Shown here: in pieces, positions 34,162 to 36,881 of the stretch
Layout of the letters: each line of letters begins with the position of its first letter
How positions within the stretch are numbered: the stretch's first letter is position 1
NCBI GenBank assembly: GCA_001783355.1
Contig: MFMA01000027.1
Coordinates: 12,000 to 48,880, forward strand
Reading direction: 5' to 3'
Source of the DNA: Candidatus Kaiserbacteria bacterium RIFCSPLOWO2_01_FULL_54_20
GTDB taxonomy: Bacteria > Patescibacteriota > Minisyncoccia > Phycocordibacterales > UBA2100
DNA: 36,881 bases
The notes under the pieces: generated by a model
Told to the model about the DNA's origin: nothing
The model's input: only the letters and a program-made list of their open reading frames with translations
Database searches by the model: none
Position numbers and translations under genes: made by a program

Positions 34162-34179
34162 CGCATGAGTGCAATAATG
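34162..34179 (+). repeat. 18-nt box, copy B: CGCATGAGTGCAATAATG (contains an extended -10-like TGcAATAAT)
   Basis: 16/18 identical to 33852-33869. Located ~75 nt upstream of the poly-Lys micro-ORF and ~200 nt upstream of the terminator hairpin. Confidence 0.6.
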
Positions 34180-34359
34180 AAAAAGTAAACGCATCTTCGC
34201 GTGCATACGGCAGAAGTGCGGGTCGAAATTAGAACTCACTATTTATATAAACATATGGCAAAGAAAAAGAAGGCAAAAAAGAAGAAGCGCCTCTAGCGAC
34301 CAATTTTTCTTCACCGTACTCGGTGTTAGAAAAATGGGAGTGCCCGTGTGGTATCGCGC

Positions 34360-34377
34360 TTCTCTACTAGTAGAGAA
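34360..34377. promoter_or_regulatory. Perfect 18-bp palindrome TTCTCTACTAGTAGAGAA (candidate operator for a dimeric DNA-binding protein)
   Basis: Self-complementary over all 18 positions. It abuts the terminator hairpin and lies ~35-55 bp upstream of the putative secA -10. Confidence 0.35.
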
Positions 34378-34410
34378 AAACCATCCCTCCTCTTTGGAGG
34401 GATGGTTTTT
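34374..34410 (+). terminator. Rho-independent terminator
   Basis: Perfect 10-bp stem CCATCCCTCC / GGAGGGATGG (34381-34390 / 34396-34405) with a 5-nt loop. It is followed by TTTTT and preceded by AAAAA, so it could act in both directions. Confidence 0.7.
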
Positions 34411-34418
34411 GGTATATA
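34410..34418 (+). promoter_or_regulatory. Extended -10-like element TGgTATATA; candidate secA promoter
   Basis: Lies immediately downstream of the terminator and ~40 nt upstream of the secA ATG. The hexamer matches TATAAT at only 4/6 positions and lacks the final T. Confidence 0.25.
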
Positions 34419-34457
34419 GATGCTCGGCGGCGGCAATAGTGATAGGATGGCTGCTAC

Positions 34458-36881
34458 ATGTCATTCCTAGGGCGATTTTTCGGCGATGAGAACGCATCGG
34501 CGCTCCGACGCGCCGAGCCTATCGTTGCAAGCGTCAACGCGCTCGAAGAGGCGATGCGCAAGCTTTCTGATGAGGCGTTACGCGCGAAAACATCCGAGTT
34601 CAAGGAGAGATTAGAAAAAGGCGAGGCGCTGGACGACCTCGCGCCCGAAGCGTTTGCCGCAGTGAGAGAGGCATCGCGAAGGACGCTGAAACAGCGGCAT
34701 TTCGACGTACAGCTGATAGGAGGCATGATCCTGAACAACGGCGATATTGCGGAGATGCGCACCGGAGAAGGGAAGACGCTGGTCGCCACACTGCCTGCCT
34801 ATCTGAACGCGCTCTCCGGGAAGGGTGTGCACGTTGTGACGGTCAACGACTATCTATCCCGCCGCGATGCCGTTTGGATGGGGCAGATCTATCATTTCCT
34901 CGGACTTTCGGTCGGTGTTCTCAACCACGAAGCATCCTACCTCTACGACCCCTCGCACATGTCTTCCGAAGTTGCGGCGCAAGAGGACGCGATACGTGAC
35001 GACCTCGGCAGCTTCAAGGTCATGCACGATTTCCTGCGCCCGTGCACGCGACACGAAAGCTATGCGGCCGACATCACGTATGGCACGAACAACGAGTTCG
35101 GTTTCGACTACCTGCGCGACAATCTGGAATACGAGCGGCAAAATCTCCGTCAGCGCGGCTATCACTACGCCATCGTCGACGAGATAGACTCGATACTTAT
35201 CGACGAGGCGCGTACGCCGCTCATCATATCCGCTCCGGTTTCCGACGCGGAGTCCTTGTACGCCCGCTTTTCAGCGATAGCAGAAAGCCTTGTTCCGATC
35301 GAGGACTATGAAATAGACGAAAAACGCCGCCAGATCGCTCTGACCGATTCGGGGATAGAGAAGGCCGAAAAATCGCTCGGCGTGGAGAACATCTACACCG
35401 ATGCAGGCATCAAGTTCGTTCACCACCTCGAAACGGCTGTGCGCGCCAAGGCTCTATACGAGCGGGACAAAGAATACGTAGTTCGGGACGGGCAAGTCGT
35501 CATCGTCGATGAATTTACCGGGCGCATGCAGCCCGGCCGCAGGTGGTCGGAAGGCCTGCATCAGGCTATCGAGTCGAAAGAGGGGGTTGCTGTACAGCAA
35601 GAATCCCGGACGTTCGCCTCCATCACGTTCCAAAACTACTTCCGCCTGTATGAAAAACTTTCCGGAATGACAGGGACGGCAATTACATCTTCGGAAGAAT
35701 TTTACAAGGTCTACGGATTGAACACTGTCGCAGTGCCTACAAATCGCCCTTCCGCACGCGCCGACCATGACGACCTCATCTTTCAGACAGAAGAAGGCAA
35801 GTATCGCGCGATAGCGAAACACGTGCGCGAGATGCATGAGAAGGGCCAACCGGTCCTCGTCGGCACCGTTTCCGTCGAGAAGAACGAACTCTTGTCCGTT
35901 CATTTCAAACAGGCCGGTATCCCGCACGAAATACTGAATGCAAAGAATCACGAGCGCGAAGGAGAGATAATCGCGCAAGCGGGAAAGGCGGGCGGGGTGA
36001 CCATAGCGACCAACATGGCCGGACGCGGCGTAGACATCAAGCTCGGCGGCAATCCGGCGACTGACGAGGAGTGCCAAAAAGTGAAAGACGCGGGCGGTCT
36101 CTTCGTTCTCGGAACCGAGAGGCACGAAGCGCGACGTATCGATAATCAGCTGCGCGGACGTAGTGGGCGTCAGGGAGACCCTGGTGAGACGCAGTTCTTC
36201 GTTTCTCTTGAAGACAGCCTCATGCGCGTGTTCGCATCCGACGTCATCAAGCGCGTGATGGGAACTTTCAAGATACCCGAAGACGAGCCTATTTATAACG
36301 GTATGATAACGCGCTCTCTCGAGAAGGCGCAGAAAAGGATAGAGGAGCTGAATTTCGACGCGCGAAAGCACGTGCTTGCGTATGACGATGTCCTAAGCAT
36401 CCAGAGAACGAGCATTTATGGGCGTCGTCGTGAACTTCTTACCGGTAGTGACGAGGCGATAGATAAGGAACTCATGCGCATCGCCCCGTTAGAGGCTGCG
36501 CCTCTAACGGGGCACGCGGAGGGTGCCGGTGATTTTCTGCAGGTAGTTGCAAAGAAAAAAACCGAGCTCGGCACGGCGTACTATCCAACGGTGCGGCGAT
36601 TCCTTCTCCAGACGGTCGACTTTTTGTGGGTCGAGCACTTGGAGGCTATGGAGTACCTGCGTTCGAGCGTTAATCTTCGTGCCTACGGACAGCGCGACCC
36701 GCTCGTCGAGTACAAGAAAGAAGGGCTTAAACTATTCCAGGGATTGGAGGCCACTTATGCCGGGCACGTACTGCAGATACTCCCGAACCTCGGCTTGCCT
36801 GCCCAGGGAGGGCAAACTGGAGCCACGAGATCCGTGAATCGCGAAGCGGGAAGCGTCGAGCGCGCCGCACGTTTGATAACG
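34458..36881 (+). CDS. secA: Preprotein translocase ATPase SecA (3'-truncated by the window edge; 808 codons visible)
   Basis: Not in the ORF track because no stop occurs before the window end. I translated frame 3 by hand from the ATG at 34458: MSFLGRFFGD...MRTGEGKTLVATLPAYLNAL...VTVNDYLSRRD...ITYGTNNEFGFDYLRDN...VDEIDSILIDEARTPLIIS...TGMTGTA...TNMAGRGVDIKLGG...RIDNQLRGRSGRQGDPG. No in-frame stop through 36881. Confidence 0.95.
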   Translation, partial: MSFLGRFFGDENASALRRAEPIVASVNALEEAMRKLSDEALRAKTSEFKERLEKGEALDDLAPEAFAAVREASRRTLKQRHFDVQLIGGMILNNGDIAEMRTGEGKTLVATLPAYLNALSGKGVHVVTVNDYLSRRDAVWMGQIYHFLGLSVGVLNHEASYLYDPSHMSSEVAAQEDAIRDDLGSFKVMHDFLRPCTRHESYAADITYGTNNEFGFDYLRDNLEYERQNLRQRGYHYAIVDEIDSILIDEARTPLIISAPVSDAESLYARFSAIAESLVPIEDYEIDEKRRQIALTDSGIEKAEKSLGVENIYTDAGIKFVHHLETAVRAKALYERDKEYVVRDGQVVIVDEFTGRMQPGRRWSEGLHQAIESKEGVAVQQESRTFASITFQNYFRLYEKLSGMTGTAITSSEEFYKVYGLNTVAVPTNRPSARADHDDLIFQTEEGKYRAIAKHVREMHEKGQPVLVGTVSVEKNELLSVHFKQAGIPHEILNAKNHEREGEIIAQAGKAGGVTIATNMAGRGVDIKLGGNPATDEECQKVKDAGGLFVLGTERHEARRIDNQLRGRSGRQGDPGETQFFVSLEDSLMRVFASDVIKRVMGTFKIPEDEPIYNGMITRSLEKAQKRIEELNFDARKHVLAYDDVLSIQRTSIYGRRRELLTGSDEAIDKELMRIAPLEAAPLTGHAEGAGDFLQVVAKKKTELGTAYYPTVRRFLLQTVDFLWVEHLEAMEYLRSSVNLRAYGQRDPLVEYKKEGLKLFQGLEATYAGHVLQILPNLGLPAQGGQTGATRSVNREAGSVERAARLIT

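Noticed and set aside
33657-34457. Tested the 800-bp non-coding region for tRNA, tmRNA, RNase P RNA, SRP RNA and 6S RNA
   Set aside because: I found no T-loop GGTTCGA-type motif with matching acceptor stems. There is no tmRNA 5' GGGG...TTCGAC or 3' CTCCACCA end. The two AGAAAGTC words only partly resemble the RNase P GGAAAGUCC box, and the ACAGAA and GGUAAGAGCGCACC-type partners are absent. There is no SRP GGAAGCAGCC motif, and the 5' and 3' ends do not pair as in 6S RNA. A covariance-model scan is still needed.
34334-34489. 51-codon ORF (MGVPVWYRASLLVEKNHPSSLEGWFLVYRCSAAAIVIGWLLHVIPRAIFRR) overlapping the secA start; considered as a SecM/MifM-like monitoring peptide or small membrane protein
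   Set aside because: It reads straight through the 18-bp palindrome and the perfect terminator hairpin, so its sequence is dictated by those elements. It has no SD and no recognisable arrest motif. It is worth revisiting only if the reading frame is conserved in relatives.
35454-36371. 305-aa ORF on the - strand
   Set aside because: It is antisense to secA, whose hand translation is unambiguous across this interval.
1-36881. Looked for CRISPR arrays, transposase/integrase genes, terminal inverted repeats, defence-system signatures (nucleases, RT, TIR, helicase-nuclease pairs) and toxin-antitoxin pairs
   Set aside because: No regularly spaced direct repeats were seen. No ORF carries DDE, tyrosine or serine recombinase, RT, HNH, PD-(D/E)xK or similar motifs that I could recognise. 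All sizeable ORFs are accounted for by glycan biosynthesis, export or secA.

Overview
This window is densely coded: about 30 CDS, mostly 0-60 bp spacers, and many ATGA/GTGA stop-start overlaps. GC is roughly 55% by hand counts on sampled lines. It is essentially one large cell-surface glycan biosynthesis island, followed by an ~800-bp non-coding region and a 3'-truncated secA. secA is missing from the supplied ORF track because it runs off the window. The island contains five groups of genes. (i) Three GT4 glycosyltransferases, three SAM methyltransferases, a GT-C-like polytopic membrane protein, an MsbA/PglK-type ABC exporter and a Wzy_C (O-antigen-ligase-like) protein with C-terminal TPRs. 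(ii) A recognisable pseudaminic acid (Pse) gene set on the + strand: GNAT, pseB, pseC, pseI and pseF, interrupted by oxidoreductase, aminotransferase, GT-B-like, DUF218 and formyltransferase-like genes. (iii) A second, non-canonical NeuB-centred module on the - strand: Zn-ribbon methyltransferase, SpsF-like cytidylyltransferase, class III aminotransferase, SDR, and NeuB-SAF fused to a xylose-isomerase-like TIM barrel. (iv) Two paralogous KpsS/KpsC-like proteins, an orphan gmd and a HIGH-nucleotidyltransferase/cupin fusion. (v) A secreted prepilin-like LamG protein. I saw no tRNA, rRNA, CRISPR array, transposase or integrase. Most starts lack a Shine-Dalgarno, and several operon-leading genes have a -10-like hexamer exactly 6 nt upstream of the ATG (leaderless geometry). 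The best candidates for something undescribed are the second NeuB module with its fusion enzyme, and the structured, repeat-rich non-coding region upstream of secA. Gene content and style resemble an uncultivated CPR/Patescibacteria-like bacterium, but that is inference only. All family calls are motif recognition by eye, not searches.
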